The notes under the pieces: model-generated
Told to the model about the DNA's origin: nothing
The model's input: the letters and a program-made list of their open reading frames with translations, nothing else
Databases searched by the model: none
Shown: one piece after another, positions 1 to 8,559 of the stretch
Position numbering within the stretch: position 1 is the stretch's first letter
Layout: each line of letters starts with the position of its first letter
Source of the DNA: a virus
Taxonomy: Duplodnaviria; Heunggongvirae; Uroviricota; Caudoviricetes
Strand: one strand, 5' to 3'
Virus record (IMG/VR): IMGVR_UViG_2579778952_000009
Coordinates: 1-15,746 of that record
Length of the DNA: 15,746 nt
Program-made: the position numbers and the translations under genes

Positions 1-276
1 GTGGCTTCTGTTTCTATCAGCTGTCCCTCCTGTTCAGCTACTGACGGGGTGGTGCGTAACGGCAAAAGCACCGCCGGACATCAGCGCTATCTCTGCTCTC
101 ACTGCCGTAAAACATGGCAACTGCAGTTCACTTACACCGCTTCTCAACCCGGTACGCACCAGAAAATCATTGATATGGCCATGAATGGCGTTGGATGCCG
201 GGCAACCGCCCGCATTATGGGCGTTGGCCTCAACACGATTTTCCGCCATTTAAAAAACTCAGGCCGCAGTCGGTAA
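1..276 (+). CDS. insA: IS1 InsA (transposition inhibitor / N-terminal part of the InsAB' transposase)
   Basis: 91-aa ORF with GTG start, [43 protein letters not shown]..., the recognisable IS1 InsA zinc-finger protein. Confidence 0.9.
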   Translation: MASVSISCPSCSATDGVVRNGKSTAGHQRYLCSHCRKTWQLQFTYTASQPGTHQKIIDMAMNGVGCRATARIMGVGLNTIFRHLKNSGRSR

Positions 277-698
277 CCTCGCGCATACAGCCGGGCAGTG
301 ACGTCATCGTCTGCGCGGAAATGGACGAACAGTGGGGATACGTCGGGGCTAAATCGCGCCAGCGCTGGCTGTTTTACGCGTATGACAGGCTCCGGAAGAC
401 GGTTGTTGCGCACGTATTCGGTGAACGCACTATGGCGACGCTGGGGCGTCTTATGAGCCTGCTGTCACCCTTTGACGTGGTGATATGGATGACGGATGGC
501 TGGCCGCTGTATGAATCCCGCCTGAAGGGAAAGCTGCACGTAATCAGCAAGCGATATACGCAGCGAATTGAGCGGCATAACCTGAATCTGAGGCAGCACC
601 TGGCACGGCTGGGACGGAAGTCGCTGTCGTTCTCAAAATCGGTGGAGCTGCATGACAAAGTCATCGGGCATTATCTGAACATAAAACACTATCAATAA
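195..698 (+). CDS. insB: IS1 InsB reading frame (expressed as InsAB' transposase via -1 frameshift)
   Basis: 167-aa frame overlapping insA in the -1 frame, with the slippery A6C motif at 249-258. The translation matches IS1 InsB from memory. Confidence 0.85.
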   Translation: MPGNRPHYGRWPQHDFPPFKKLRPQSVTSRIQPGSDVIVCAEMDEQWGYVGAKSRQRWLFYAYDRLRKTVVAHVFGERTMATLGRLMSLLSPFDVVIWMTDGWPLYESRLKGKLHVISKRYTQRIERHNLNLRQHLARLGRKSLSFSKSVELHDKVIGHYLNIKHYQ

Positions 699-713
699 GT
701 TGGAGTCATTACC

Positions 714-1903
714 CTCTTTGCGATAATACAGTCTATAATATTGACTCTTTGAATGATCCATATTCATTAATAAAAGCCATACTTATAGCACAAAGGGCAA
801 ATGAAGAAAGCGAGATAAAGTCAAGTCGGGTTAAATTATCATGGAAGAAAAAACGGCAGGATGCACTGGAGTCAGGCACGATTATGACGGCGTCTTGTCC
901 GAGATGGCTCTCCTTAGATGACAAAAGAACGGCTTTTGTTCCAGACCCCGACAGGGTGAAAACTATTGAGCTAATTTTTAAACTCAGGATGGAAAGGCGC
1001 TCATTGAATGCAATAGCCAAGTATTTAAATGATCATGCTGTAAAGAATTTCTCAGGAAAAGAAAGTGCATGGGGACCTTCTGTAATTGAAAAATTATTAG
1101 CGAATAAAGCTCTGATAGGTATATGCGTACCTTCATATCGTGCAAGAGGTAAAGGAATAAGTGAAATCGCTGGCTATTATCCTAGAGTCATATCAGATGA
1201 TTTGTTTTACGCTGTGCAGGAAATTCGGTTGGCACCTTTTGGTATTAGCAATAGTAGCAAAAACCCTATGTTGATAAATCTACTTCGAACAGTTATGAAG
1301 TGCGAGGCTTGTGGTAATACCATGATTGTTCATGCGGTATCTGGAAGTTTGCATGGCTATTATGTTTGTCCGATGAGAAGACTGCATCGATGTGACAGGC
1401 CATCAATAAAGAGAGATTTGGTTGATTATAATATCATTAATGAGTTGCTTTTTAATTGTAGTAAAATCCAACCAGTTGAAAACAAGAAAGATGCTAATGA
1501 AACTTTAGAGTTGAAAATTATTGAGCTCCAGATGAAAATTAATAATTTAATTGCTGCATTATCTGTTGCGCCTGAAGTTACCGCTATAGCAGAAAAAATC
1601 AGAGTATTAGATAAGGAATTACGAAGGGCTTCTGTATCATTAAAAACTTTGAAGAGTAAAGCGGTGAGCTCACTTGGTGATTTTCATGCTATTGACTTAA
1701 CCAGTAAAAATGGGCGAGAGCTATGTCGTACACTTGCCTATAAAACATTCGAAAAAATCATAATCAATACAGATAATAAAACCTGTGATATCTATTTTAT
1801 GAATGGCATTGTTTTTAAACACTATCCTTTAATGAAAACAATATCCGCCCAGCAGGCGATAAGTACTCTCAAATATATGGTTGATGGTGAGGTTTATTTT
1901 TGA
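714..1903 (+). pseudogene. Large serine recombinase, 5'-truncated remnant (recombinase domain and zinc-ribbon retained, catalytic resolvase domain missing)
   Basis: The frame is open from the IS1 junction but has no ATG; the track ORF begins at TTG 749. The translation has a zinc-ribbon CEACGNTMIVH...YYVCPMRRLHRCD and a coiled-coil tail typical of large serine recombinases; the first residues correspond to the end of the catalytic domain. It is AT-rich and occupies the position of ybcK in DLP12. Confidence 0.6.
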
Positions 1904-2014
1904 GTAATAATCACTTTTTCAACCGTGCTATAGTAAGAAAGTTAGGTAAGTACAATAAAATTATCTATCCTGAACGAAGCGTCCTGAGCTATGGTTTTAC
2001 TATAGGGACTGCCA

Positions 2015-2332
2015 ATGGATGCTGGCGTTCTCGTTCTAGCAGTTCAACAATCCCCAATCACAAAACAATTCACTGATAACGAACTTTGCACACTCGCCTG
2101 GTTATGGCGAGCAGGGAATGTGATGTTAATTGCCTACCAGAACGTTACTCATCTTCTTCAGGATGCGGAGCATGGTGAAGCTGGTCACTTCACTTCCATC
2201 GAGCAAGAATATCCCCAGATACTCAACAGAGCGCGAGCAATCCTCGTCCGAGAAACGGCACATGTAAAACTTCAGCCGTGGCAGGATGATAAGTGGAGTC
2301 GAGTATTGCCGTATTTGCGTCAAATCTGTTAG
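2015..2332 (+). CDS. Hypothetical protein, 105 aa
   Basis: ORF with ATG start and a weak AGGGA Shine-Dalgarno upstream. No motif recognised. It lies in the cargo slot between the recombinase remnant and the KilA-N-like gene. Confidence 0.4.
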   Translation: MDAGVLVLAVQQSPITKQFTDNELCTLAWLWRAGNVMLIAYQNVTHLLQDAEHGEAGHFTSIEQEYPQILNRARAILVRETAHVKLQPWQDDKWSRVLPYLRQIC

Positions 2333-2536
2333 GAGTATAGCCGCCAGCCATGAGTGTTGTATTAAAACAAGGATGTCTATATATGGGATAGCGAGAGTAT
2401 GAATATCAGTTATTTTGAGAGTTAACTGATTGTGAAATTAGTTTTTTTCACAAACGAGTGGGGTTACTATGATGAGTGTTCTAATGCATAGGGAACACCT
2501 AATTTTTTCAATGAATTCAAATTGATAGGATCAAAA

Positions 2537-3466
2537 ATGGCACAACAGAGAACTACCTCCCTCAGATCCATACCTTTAGACTTAGATGTTAAGCAAGAGG
2601 CTGTCATTAACGGTATAGAAATGGGGGTACTCGATAACGGAATTCCGTACCTTACTCAGAATGGGTTGGCAAATGTTTGTGGTGTTCAGCGTTTGCGAAT
2701 CAAGGAAATTACCGATGAGTGGGCTCAATCCGTTGAGAACGGTATTTTCAAAAAAGGAAGAATGACTTTTATTGGTACATATCTTCTTAATGAAGGTTTT
2801 ACAGATGAAAAACTTTATATACCAATAATTCGAAATGGTGTTGAGTACCATGCTTATCCAGATGTTGTATGCATGGCTATACTTGAATACTATGCCTTTG
2901 AAGCAAAACAAGCAGAAAGTGAGACTGCAATTAGATCTTACAGAGAGCTTGCTAAAAAAGGCCTCAAGACATTTATATACGAGGCGCTAAAATATCAACC
3001 GGAGGACCCGTGGAGGCATTACCATGACAGAGTATCTTTATTAAAAGATAAGGGAACCATACCTGATGGGTATTTCATTATATTTAATGAAATTGCAGGT
3101 ATGATGGTAGATCTCATCAATGCTGGATTAGCGATTAATCAGCATACCGTACCTGATGGCAGTGTTGGTTCTTGCTGGGCGCGTCACTGGAAAGCAAAGG
3201 GGTTAGCAACAGAATTTGGAGAAAGAGTAGACTGTGAGCATTATTACCCTGAAGATTTTCTTCAGGCAAGTTCCAATCCTCAGATCATTAATGCCTATCC
3301 TGATTCTGCATTGTCAGAGTTTCGTAGATGGTTTAAGCATGAATATTTAACCACAAAGTTCCCACCGTATATTCTTAAAAAATCAAACGTGCTTCCTGGT
3401 GGTACAGAAGATGCTAATCGTCTGATAGAAGCTTTCAAAAAATCAGAGCTAGAAAATAAACCATAA
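2537..3466 (+). CDS. Hypothetical protein, 309 aa, with a KilA-N-like N-terminal segment (candidate antirepressor-like or BstA-like protein)
   Basis: Track ORF 2522-3466; the likely start is ATG 2537, preceded by AGGA at 2527-2530. The N-terminal segment VLDNGIPYLTQNGLANVCG resembles the KilA-N core pattern D-G-x-I-N-A-T-x-x-C-K-A-x-G and the second KilA-N protein in this window (EDGMICLTDMWKASG). The gene is AT-rich relative to the nin genes downstream. Confidence 0.55.
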   Translation: MAQQRTTSLRSIPLDLDVKQEAVINGIEMGVLDNGIPYLTQNGLANVCGVQRLRIKEITDEWAQSVENGIFKKGRMTFIGTYLLNEGFTDEKLYIPIIRNGVEYHAYPDVVCMAILEYYAFEAKQAESETAIRSYRELAKKGLKTFIYEALKYQPEDPWRHYHDRVSLLKDKGTIPDGYFIIFNEIAGMMVDLINAGLAINQHTVPDGSVGSCWARHWKAKGLATEFGERVDCEHYYPEDFLQASSNPQIINAYPDSALSEFRRWFKHEYLTTKFPPYILKKSNVLPGGTEDANRLIEAFKKSELENKP

Positions 3467-3564
3467 TTGTTTTTTGGCTTTTGATTTTACATAATCATTT
3501 TGCCATAATCATGTCATCGGAGCCTGAACAACTCCGGTGACTTCTGCGCTAAACGGGGACGTTT

Positions 3565-3666
3565 ATGCGCACATACAATCCAAACTCTCTTCTCCCTTCA
3601 CAGATGCAGAGATGCACCTGCGATTTTTTGCATCCAGCGTTTGACCTCTGCGGAGGTGAAGCGTGA
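3565..3666 (+). CDS. ylcH: Small protein, 33 aa (YlcH-like)
   Basis: Found by manual reading (below the track's size cutoff): ATG 3565 to TGA 3664-3666, [33 protein letters not shown]. Its stop overlaps the ybcN GTG start (GTGA), and its position matches ylcH in DLP12. Small ORF, so moderate confidence. Confidence 0.4.
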   Translation: MRTYNPNSLLPSQMQRCTCDFLHPAFDLCGGEA

Positions 3667-4118
3667 ATCTCCCACAAGATGGCATCAAATTACATCGCGG
3701 TAACTTCACCGCTATCGGTCGGCAGATCCAGCCTTATCTGGAGGAGGGCAAATGCTTTCGCATGGTGCTTAAACCGTGGCGTGAGAAACGCAGTCTTTCC
3801 CAGAATGCACTCAGCCACATGTGGTACAGCGAAATCAGTGAATACCTCATCAACAGGGGTAAAACGTTCGCCACTCCAGCTTGGGTAAAAGATGCTCTCA
3901 AACACACATATCTCGGTTATGAAACCAAAGACCTGGTTGATGTCGTAACCGGTGATATCACCACTATCCAGTCGTTACGCCATACCTCCGATCTTGATAC
4001 CGGAGAGATGTATGTCTTCCTGTGTAAGGTTGAAGCCTGGGCGGTGAATATTGGCTGCCACCTGACTATTCCGCAGAGCTGCGAGTTCCAGCTGCTCCGT
4101 GACAAGCAGGAGGCGTAA
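3663..4118 (+). CDS. ybcN: NinB-family recombination protein (YbcN)
   Basis: 151 aa with GTG start. The [18 protein letters not shown] region resembles lambda NinB (LDQNRKLWACLGDVS). The translation matches DLP12 YbcN from memory. Its stop overlaps the ninE start (TAATG). Confidence 0.85.
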   Translation: MNLPQDGIKLHRGNFTAIGRQIQPYLEEGKCFRMVLKPWREKRSLSQNALSHMWYSEISEYLINRGKTFATPAWVKDALKHTYLGYETKDLVDVVTGDITTIQSLRHTSDLDTGEMYVFLCKVEAWAVNIGCHLTIPQSCEFQLLRDKQEA

Positions 4119-4288
4119 TGGCTACACCGCTTATTCGTGTCATGAACGGACACATCTACAGAGTATCAAATCGTCGTAAGCGTAAGCCTGAGCCGAAGCC
4201 ATCCGAAATACCAACACTGCTCGGATATACCGCTAGCCTGGTTGATAAAAAATGGTTGCGACTGGCAGCAAGGAGGAATCATGGCTGA
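4118..4288 (+). CDS. ninE: NinE family protein, 56 aa
   Basis: Manually read [59 protein letters not shown]. It lies between ninB and ybcO as in lambdoid nin regions and overlaps the ybcO start by 8 nt. Confidence 0.7.
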   Translation: MATPLIRVMNGHIYRVSNRRKRKPEPKPSEIPTLLGYTASLVDKKWLRLAARRNHG

Positions 4289-4571
4289 TTTGAGAAAAGC
4301 AGCGCGTGGTCGGGAATGCCAGGTAAGAATCCCTGGCGTATGTAATGGCAATTCTGAAACGTCTGTACTGGCACATATCCGGCTGGCTGGATTGTGCGGT
4401 ACCGGTATCAAACCGCCAGACCTGATTGCCACCATTGCATGTTCTGCCTGCCACGACGAAATCGACCGCCGCACACATTTTGTCGATGCTGCATATGCAA
4501 AAGAATGCGCGCTGGAAGGTATGGCGAGAACACAGGTTATCTGGCTGAAAGAGGGGGTTATTAAGGCGTGA
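4281..4571 (+). CDS. ybcO: YbcO (DUF1364, putative nuclease), 96 aa
   Basis: ATG 4281 is preceded by AGGAGG at 4271-4277. [40 protein letters not shown]... is Cys-rich. Its stop overlaps the rusA GTG start. Confidence 0.8.
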   Translation: MADLRKAARGRECQVRIPGVCNGNSETSVLAHIRLAGLCGTGIKPPDLIATIACSACHDEIDRRTHFVDAAYAKECALEGMARTQVIWLKEGVIKA

Positions 4572-4930
4572 ATACCTACAGCATCACATTACCCTGGCCT
4601 CCGAGCAATAATCGCTATTACCGCCATAATCGCGGGCGCACGCACATCAGCGCAGAAGGGCAGGCATACCGCGATAACGTCACCCGAATCATTAAAAACG
4701 CAATGCTGGATATCGGCCTGGCTATGCCAGTGAAAATCCGTATTGAGTGCCACATGCCGGATCGCCGTCGCCGTGACCTGGATAATCTGCAAAAAGCCGC
4801 TTTTGACGCACTCACCAAAGCAGGTTTCTGGCTGGATGATGCTCAGGTCGTTGATTACCGCGTTGTGAAGATGCCTGTTACCAAAGGTGGGAGGCTGGAA
4901 CTGACCATCACCGAAATGGGGAATGAATGA
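4568..4930 (+). CDS. rusA: Holliday junction resolvase RusA
   Basis: 120 aa with GTG start. [26 protein letters not shown]...[29 protein letters not shown] matches RusA from memory, including the catalytic Asp-rich region. Confidence 0.9.
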   Translation: MNTYSITLPWPPSNNRYYRHNRGRTHISAEGQAYRDNVTRIIKNAMLDIGLAMPVKIRIECHMPDRRRRDLDNLQKAAFDALTKAGFWLDDAQVVDYRVVKMPVTKGGRLELTITEMGNE

Positions 4931-5067
4931 TGTTTGAGTTTTATATGGCAGAACTTCTTCGCCACCGCTGGGGGCATCTGCGCTTATATCGTTTCCCCGG
5001 TTCTGTTTTGACCGATTACCGAATACTGAAGAATTACGCCAAAACCCTGACAGGAGCAGGAGTATGA
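4927..5067 (+). CDS. ylcG: Small protein YlcG-like, 46 aa
   Basis: Manually read [49 protein letters not shown], beginning at ATGATG overlapping the rusA stop. Its position between rusA and quuD matches DLP12. Confidence 0.5.
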   Translation: MMFEFYMAELLRHRWGHLRLYRFPGSVLTDYRILKNYAKTLTGAGV

Positions 5068-5152
5068 AGTCAGAGATAACAATCAACTAATACTGTTTTG
5101 TTGATTTTTGCTTGTAATTGGCGTTCTGGTCTGATTTTTGTGGAGTAAGTTG

Positions 5153-5536
5153 ATGCGTGATATTCAGATGGTTCTTGAGCGTTGGGGAGCGTGGGCGGCT
5201 AATAATCATGAAGATGTGACCTGGTCGTCCATTGCCGCCGGTTTTAAGGGATTAATTACTTCAAAAGTAAAATCTCGCCCGCAATGTTGTGACGATGACG
5301 CGATGATTATTTGCGGGTGCATGGCCCGTCTGAAAAAGAACAACAGCGATTTGCACGATTTATTAGTAGATTATTATGTAGTCGGTATGACATTCATGTC
5401 ACTGGCAGGTAAGCATTGCTGCTCTGATGGTTATATCGGGAAAAGGTTACAGAAGGCTGAGGGCATAATTGAAGGGATGTTAATGGCATTAGATATCCGG
5501 TTAGAGATGGATATCGTTGTTAATAACTCTAATTAA
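5153..5536 (+). CDS. quuD: Late-gene antitermination protein Q (QuuD-like)
   Basis: ATG 5153 with GGAG 6 nt upstream (the track ORF starts at TTG 5138). [24 protein letters not shown]... has the Cys cluster [16 protein letters not shown] and matches DLP12 QuuD from memory. Confidence 0.85.
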   Translation: MRDIQMVLERWGAWAANNHEDVTWSSIAAGFKGLITSKVKSRPQCCDDDAMIICGCMARLKKNNSDLHDLLVDYYVVGMTFMSLAGKHCCSDGYIGKRLQKAEGIIEGMLMALDIRLEMDIVVNNSN

Positions 5537-5552
5537 TATGCCAATTGTTTAC

Positions 5553-5587
5553 TAAAAATTATTAAAAATGGGGCGTTGAGACGCCCC
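5553..5587 (-). terminator. Candidate Rho-independent terminator of nmpC, minus strand
   Basis: GC hairpin GGGGCG-ttgaga-CGCCCC at 5570-5587. On the minus strand it is followed by AUUUUUAAUAAUUUUU. It lies about 140 nt downstream of the nmpC stop. Confidence 0.45.
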
Positions 5588-5675
5588 CAAAAATAAAGGG
5601 TAATATATAACTGAAGGTTTATATAGTTAGAAGCAAGGTTGTGCTTCTAAAGGAAGTGGCTTGAGGGAGCCACTT

Positions 5676-5717
5676 ATATGTTGGGGAGGCAACGCCTCCC
5701 GCAACATATCTTTTTCG
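5676..5717 (+). terminator. Candidate intrinsic terminator, plus strand (possible tR'-like element downstream of quuD)
   Basis: Extended inverted repeat atatgttggggaggc-aac-gcctcccgcaacatat followed by CTTTTTC. It lies about 140-180 nt downstream of the quuD stop. Confidence 0.4.
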
Positions 5718-5725
5718 TAATCAGA

Positions 5726-6808
5726 TTAGAACTGGTAAACCAGACCTACAGCAACGATGTCATCAGTATCAATACCAGCTGTTTTGGTAAACTTACTATC
5801 GTCAATTAAGTTGATTTTGTAATCAACAAAAGTGGACATGTTTTTATTAAAGTAGTAAGTAGCACCGACATCGACATACTTGACTAAGTCTCGGTCACCA
5901 TGAACACCAAGGTCTTTACCTTTTGACTGAAGGTAAGCAACAGATGGGCGCAGACCGAAGTCAAACTGATATTGTGCTACTGCTTCAAAGTTTTGTGCTT
6001 TGTTTGCAATATGGTTATTACCAAAAACGGTCATATTCTGAGTTTCAGAATATGTGGTAGCCAGATAGATATTGTTCGCATCATATTTCAGGCCTGCAGC
6101 CCATACTTCCGCATTTTTGCCGGAGGCATTGAATTTGCTCTTACCATAGGCGACCTGACCGTCAGTGCGATCTGATTTAGCATAGGTTGCACCCACGCCG
6201 AATCCTTCATACTCATAAGTAGTGGAGAAACCGAAACCATCACCATTGGCTTCAGTTACGTCAGTGCGGTCATTTTTACCCTGATACTGAGCAGCAAAGT
6301 TCAGGCCATCGACCAGACCAAAGAAGTCGTTGTTACGATAAGTTGCAACACCAGTAGTGCGACCAGTCATGAACACATCTGTTTGGGTCCAGGTATCACC
6401 ACCGAATTCTGGCAGGACGTCAGTCCACGCACCGATGTCGTATGCTACACCGTAGTTACGGCCGTAATCGATTGAGCCGTAATCACCAAATTTCAGGCCT
6501 GCAAATGCAAGACGGGTTTTGTCTTTGGAAGAACCTTGAGATTCAGCGCGGTTGCCTTTGAATTCATATTCCCACTGACCGAAACCAGTCAGTTGATCGT
6601 TGATTTGGGTTTCACCTTTGAAGCCAAGACGGGCATAAGTAGTATCACCATCATCTGCATCATTAGAGGAGAAGTAGTGCTTAGCATTAACTTTCCCGTA
6701 CAGATCCAGCTTGTTACTGTCTTTATTATAAATTTCAGCTGCCTGAGCAGACATCGCCATCAGTACTGATGCAGCTACAGCAGAAATTGCCACTGTTAAT
6801 TTTTTCAT
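5726..6808 (-). CDS. nmpC: Outer membrane porin NmpC/Lc (OmpC family), apparently intact
   Basis: The track ORF is 5726-6868; the start is set at the internal [23 protein letters not shown] signal peptide (ATG at 6808 with an AAGGG SD). The protein has an AEIYNKD mature N-terminus and the C-terminal beta-barrel signature ...VAVGLVYQF. No insertion sequence interrupts it. Confidence 0.9.
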   Translation of the reverse strand: MKKLTVAISAVAASVLMAMSAQAAEIYNKDSNKLDLYGKVNAKHYFSSNDADDGDTTYARLGFKGETQINDQLTGFGQWEYEFKGNRAESQGSSKDKTRLAFAGLKFGDYGSIDYGRNYGVAYDIGAWTDVLPEFGGDTWTQTDVFMTGRTTGVATYRNNDFFGLVDGLNFAAQYQGKNDRTDVTEANGDGFGFSTTYEYEGFGVGATYAKSDRTDGQVAYGKSKFNASGKNAEVWAAGLKYDANNIYLATTYSETQNMTVFGNNHIANKAQNFEAVAQYQFDFGLRPSVAYLQSKGKDLGVHGDRDLVKYVDVGATYYFNKNMSTFVDYKINLIDDSKFTKTAGIDTDDIVAVGLVYQF

Positions 6809-7235
6809 CGTGAGCCCTTTTTTTGAACTATTATTAAAAAATGATGTCACTGCGTGATAAATATTCATCTAATCAATGTGATTATTTCAAGATGTAAGTT
6901 TTGGTTTCTCGTTTAATTTGTGAAGTAGATCTCTATTTTTATCTGAACTTTTTTCTATCGAATCCTATTCATGGCTCTTGGCTGAATAAAAATAAATCTA
7001 TTAGCCAATTTATATTAATGGCTGTTATTTATAAGTGCTCTATAATTTGAAGGTTCAATTTAAATTGGCTAAAAATAACGCTGGAAATTATTTGTTGGTT
7101 ATTTGTTGAGATTTGCTTATGTATTTGTAGTGGTGTTTTCAATACTCGGTAGCATTCTCGCAAATATCATTTAGTGGTTTACGTACGTAAAAAATTGGTT
7201 ATGCTGTTAAGAGTGGTTACTTCGTCACACAGCTT

Positions 7236-7268
7236 AAACCCGCCGTCGAGCGGGTTTTTCCATTTTTT
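7236..7268 (+). terminator. Intrinsic terminator upstream of the lysis cassette
   Basis: 8-bp stem AAACCCGC / GCGGGTTT with loop cgtcga, followed by TTCCATTTTTT. Confidence 0.55.
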
Positions 7269-7380
7269 GAGTCTCGATATTAGCTGATAACCCAATACCT
7301 GAGTTATTCACTGACTCCGAGTCTGTTACGTTTCGTAGTATTCCCTCAATTTACACCCGCTTTGTCTGCGAGGTGGGGTT

Positions 7381-7596
7381 ATGAAATCCATGGATAAGTT
7401 AACAACGGGTGTCGCCTATGGCACCTCAGCAGGTAGTGCCGGGTACTGGTTTTTACAGCTGCTCGATAAAGTCACGCCCTCACAGTGGGCAGCAATAGGT
7501 GTGCTGGGTAGCCTGGTATTTGGCCTGCTGACGTACCTGACAAACCTTTATTTCAAGATTAAAGAAGATAAGCGCAAGGCTGCGAGAGGTGAATAA
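7381..7596 (+). CDS. essD: Class I holin (lambda S-like) with dual-start motif
   Basis: 71 aa, [10 protein letters not shown]..., with a Met1-Lys2-x-Met4 dual start typical of holin/antiholin pairs, predicted transmembrane segments and a charged C-terminus. GAGGTGGGG SD upstream. Matches DLP12 EssD from memory. Confidence 0.85.
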
Positions 7597-8093
7597 TGCC
7601 TCCATCATTACGAAAAGCTGTTGCTGCTGCTATTGGTGGCGGGGCTATTGCTATAGCATCTGTGTTAATCACTGGCCCAAGTGGTAACGATGGTCTGGAA
7701 GGTGTGAGACATAATCCTTACAAAGACATAGTTGGTGTATGGACTGTATGTTACGGGCATACAGGAAAAGACATCATTCCCGGTAAAACGTATACCGAAG
7801 CAGAGTGCAAAGCCCTCCTGAATAAAGACCTTGCCACTGTCGCCAGACAAATTAACCGGTACATCAAAGTCGATATACCGGAAACAACGCGCGGCGCTCT
7901 TTACTCGTTCGTCTACAACGTGGGTGCTGGCAATTTCAGAACATCGACGCTTCTTCGCAAAATAAACCAGGGTGATATTAAAGGCGCATGTGATCAGCTA
8001 CGGCGCTGGACATACGCTGGCGGTAATCAATGGAAAGGGCTGATGACTCGCCGTGAGATTGAGCGTGAAGTCTGTTTGTGGGGGCAGCAATGA
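7596..8093 (+). CDS. rrrD: Phage lysozyme / endolysin (GH24 family)
   Basis: 165 aa. The start overlaps the essD stop (TAATG). Matches DLP12 RrrD from memory. Confidence 0.9.
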   Translation: MPPSLRKAVAAAIGGGAIAIASVLITGPSGNDGLEGVRHNPYKDIVGVWTVCYGHTGKDIIPGKTYTEAECKALLNKDLATVARQINRYIKVDIPETTRGALYSFVYNVGAGNFRTSTLLRKINQGDIKGACDQLRRWTYAGGNQWKGLMTRREIEREVCLWGQQ

Positions 8094-8527
8094 GCAGGTT
8101 AACCGCGATTATCTCCGCTCTGGTTATCTGCATCATCGTCTGTCTGTCATGGGCTGTTAATCATTACCGTGATAACGCCATTACCTATAAAGAACAGCGC
8201 GATAAAGCCACGTACATCATCGCTGACATGCAGAAGCGTCAACGTGACGTAGCAGAACTCGATGCCAGATATACAAAGGAGCTTGCTGATGCTAACGCGA
8301 CTATCGAAAGTCTCCGTGCTGATGTTTCTGCTGGGCGTAAGCGCCTGCAAGTCGCCGCCACCTGTGCAAAGTCAACGACCGGAGCCAGCGGCATGGGCGA
8401 TGGAGAAAGCCCAGGACTTACAGCAGATGCTGAACTCAATTATTACCGTCTCCGAAGTGGAATCGACAAGATAACCGCGCAGGTTAACTACCTGCAGGAA
8501 TACATCAGGACGCAATGCCTGAATTAA
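8090..8527 (+). CDS. rzpD: Spanin, inner membrane subunit (Rz-like)
   Basis: ATG 8090 overlaps the endolysin stop. It has an N-terminal transmembrane segment [23 protein letters not shown] followed by a coiled-coil region. The track ORF starts earlier, at 8078. Confidence 0.8.
   Translation: MSRLTAIISALVICIIVCLSWAVNHYRDNAITYKEQRDKATYIIADMQKRQRDVAELDARYTKELADANATIESLRADVSAGRKRLQVAATCAKSTTGASGMGDGESPGLTADAELNYYRLRSGIDKITAQVNYLQEYIRTQCLN
8289..8474 (+). CDS. rzoD: Spanin, outer membrane lipoprotein subunit (Rz1-like), embedded in rzpD in the +1 frame
   Basis: Embedded [39 protein letters not shown]... with a signal peptide, a lipobox-like VSAC and a Pro-rich segment. The start is chosen at the ATG preceding the signal sequence; the track ORF begins at 8262. 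Confidence 0.6.
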   Translation: MLTRLSKVSVLMFLLGVSACKSPPPVQSQRPEPAAWAMEKAQDLQQMLNSIITVSEVESTR

Positions 8528-8559
8528 TTTTTTTGCAAATCACAAAGTCCATTTAATGA

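Larger units (their letters stand above)
1..713 (+). mobile_element. IS1 insertion sequence, partial at the window edge (window position 1 is the insA start codon; right terminal inverted repeat atcaataagttggagtcattacc at 691-713)
   Basis: InsA and InsB translations match IS1 from memory. The A6C frameshift motif TTTAAAAAAC is at 249-258. The IS1 right end GGTAATGACTCCAAC is read as its reverse complement ending at 713. The left IR and any target duplication lie outside the window. Confidence 0.9.
5553..5725 (-). ncRNA. ipeX: nmpC 3' UTR, candidate IpeX-like regulatory RNA region
   Basis: A structured untranslated segment of about 170 nt between the nmpC stop (5726) and the minus-strand terminator, containing a second long hairpin (5676-5709). 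IpeX has been described as lying in the UTR between the nmpC/lc stop codon and its terminator. This call is by position and structure only. Confidence 0.3.

Noticed and set aside
34-664. Minus-strand ORFs inside IS1 (34-249, 144-413, 374-664)
   Set aside because: They overlap the well-established insA/insB frames on the opposite strand; IS1 has no known antisense genes.
1928-2005. 9-bp inverted repeat CTATAGTAA ... TTACTATAG just downstream of the recombinase remnant, considered as a serine-recombinase attachment site
   Set aside because: The arms are about 60 bp apart, too far for a serine recombinase core site, and such short inverted repeats are expected by chance in AT-rich DNA.
2582-2911. 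109-aa minus-strand ORF antisense to the KilA-N-like gene
   Set aside because: AT-rich antisense frame rich in Ile/Phe/Asn/Lys, fully contained in the better-supported plus-strand gene.
3060-3159. 10-bp exact direct repeat TACCTGATGG (3060-3069 and 3150-3159) inside the KilA-N-like gene, considered as a possible internal regulatory or immunity element
   Set aside because: By my estimate about a hundred exact 10-mer pairs are expected by chance in a 15.7-kb window; here it reflects a repeated (I/V)PDG peptide. Not significant alone.
3679-4153. Alternative ORFs overlapping ybcN (3679-3888 plus strand, 3690-3905 and 3917-4153 minus strand)
   Set aside because: They overlap the recognisable NinB-family gene; no motifs or start signals.
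4166-5086. Minus-strand ORFs antisense to ninE/ybcO/rusA/ylcG (4166-4474, 4233-4478, 4589-5086, 4618-4818)
   Set aside because: They overlap a tightly coupled, recognisable plus-strand operon; products are Arg/Cys-rich with no motif.
5972-6769. Plus-strand ORFs 5972-6175 and 6536-6769 inside nmpC
   Set aside because: Antisense to the porin gene; hydrophobic low-complexity translations.
7179-7190. Perfect 12-bp palindrome TTACGTACGTAA upstream of essD, considered as an operator
   Set aside because: Several perfect 12-bp palindromes are expected by chance in a window of this size, and there are no flanking repeats or half-site copies; kept only as a note.
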